A DNA stretch of 44,436 nucleotides, from positions 1 through 44,436 of the forward strand of contig JAFUBF010000482.1 of assembly GCA_017460325.1 (NCBI GenBank), written 5' to 3'. The translations under genes were made by a program, and so were the position numbers. Of the stretch, positions 44,145-44,436 are shown in pieces. This DNA comes from Clostridia bacterium (GTDB taxonomy: Bacteria; Bacillota; Clostridia; Christensenellales; Aristaeellaceae). Every line of letters starts with the position of its first letter. Position 1 is the stretch's first letter. The notes under the pieces were generated by a model. It ran no database searches, was not told the DNA's origin, and saw only the letters and a program-made list of their open reading frames with translations.

Positions 44145-44436
44145 CAGATGGCTGGTTCGGAAAAACCGGCTGAAGGTGATCCGGACCATTTTTGAGCTGA
44201 TCGTCATGGTCCTGGCCCTGGCCTGGGTGATCTGGTCGCTTCGGAGCTATCGGCTTTCCCAGGCGAAACCGGAGGCCATGCCGCCGGAAAAAGAGAGCAC
44301 CATGATCGCCTCCGACACGATTACGGCGGGCTATGAGAGTATGGGCCATGCCTCCGGAACGCATTTCATTGCCCTGTCCTATAACGGTGTGGTATCAAAG
44401 CCTGTTGAGGGCGGCAAAATTGTCAACCTGCAGGCC
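44137..44436 (+). CDS. Single-pass membrane protein, 3'-truncated by the window end (downstream member of the EPS operon)
   Basis: ATG 44137 overlaps the synthase stop (ATGGATGA). The sequence is MDDRWLVRKNRLKVIRTIFELIVMVLALAWVIWSL (TM) followed by ...GTHFIALSYNGVVSKPVEGGKIVNLQA, open to the end of the window. It is absent from the ORF track because it has no stop. Confidence 0.6.
   Translation, partial: MDDRWLVRKNRLKVIRTIFELIVMVLALAWVIWSLRSYRLSQAKPEAMPPEKESTMIASDTITAGYESMGHASGTHFIALSYNGVVSKPVEGGKIVNLQA

Noticed and set aside
40590-44207. 1205-aa minus-strand ORF spanning the lipoprotein and synthase genes
   Set aside because: It is fully antisense to two ORFs with clear family motifs (HasA-like, NodB/SGNH). 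Its translation is Pro/Arg/Gly/His-rich low complexity with no recognisable domain. This is a typical shadow ORF of high-GC coding DNA.
1-44436. CRISPR arrays, IS elements/transposases, integrases, prophage genes, rRNA/tRNA genes
   Set aside because: No direct-repeat/spacer periodicity, no terminal inverted repeats flanking a transposase-like ORF and no recombinase motifs were seen. The few intergenic regions did not fold into tRNA cloverleaves by eye. A tRNAscan/Infernal run would be needed to be certain.

Overview
This is a 44.4-kb GC-rich chromosomal segment. It looks Firmicutes/Clostridia-like, judged from a T-box leader, TPP riboswitches, thiW, a DivIVA-domain gene, sigma-A type TTGACA-17-TATAAT promoters and AGGAGG ribosome-binding sites. 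About 40 genes are real. Nearly every long ORF on the opposite strand of a recognisable gene is a high-GC shadow ORF.

Modules in order:
- (1) 1-8272: the 3' end of a SNF2 helicase gene, tightly coupled to a four-gene cassette of Toprim (JetD-like), a 540-aa kleisin-like protein, a 239-aa KITE-like protein and a 1471-aa SMC-like ABC ATPase. This resembles a Wadjet/MksBEFG condensin-type anti-plasmid system but in a permuted D-A-B-C order with a SNF2 partner. It is my top candidate for an undescribed system.
- (2) An AI-2E family transporter and a convergent homoserine dehydrogenase gene.
- (3) A small orphan ORF next to a 590-bp non-coding gap.
- (4) A glycan-utilisation locus with a NamZ-like DUF1343 exo-muramidase, two GH3 glycosidases and an Opp/Dpp-type five-gene ABC importer.
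- (5) A T-box leader (specifier UGG or AUG) controlling a Dabb protein, an Fe-ADH/glycerol-dehydrogenase-like enzyme, an ABC transporter resembling the predicted TrpXYZ/HisXYZ type (COG2984/4120/1101 as I recall) and a type I asparaginase.
- (6) An orphan Big_2 fragment.
- (7) A minus-strand thiamine salvage locus: thiM-thiE behind a textbook TPP riboswitch, and thiW-thiD-tenA-thiZ-thiX-thiY behind a divergent TPP-like element preceded by an unusually structured RNA region.
- (8) A six-gene exopolysaccharide operon. Its synthase is a clear class I hyaluronan-synthase (HasA) homologue carrying an N-terminal PilZ-like domain. It sits with a TviB-type UDP-sugar dehydrogenase, a DivIVA-domain protein, a Pro-rich tail-anchored protein and a NodB-like/SGNH lipoprotein.

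I saw no rRNA, tRNA, CRISPR array, transposase or integrase. All family calls come from reading motifs by eye and from memory; no database search was run.
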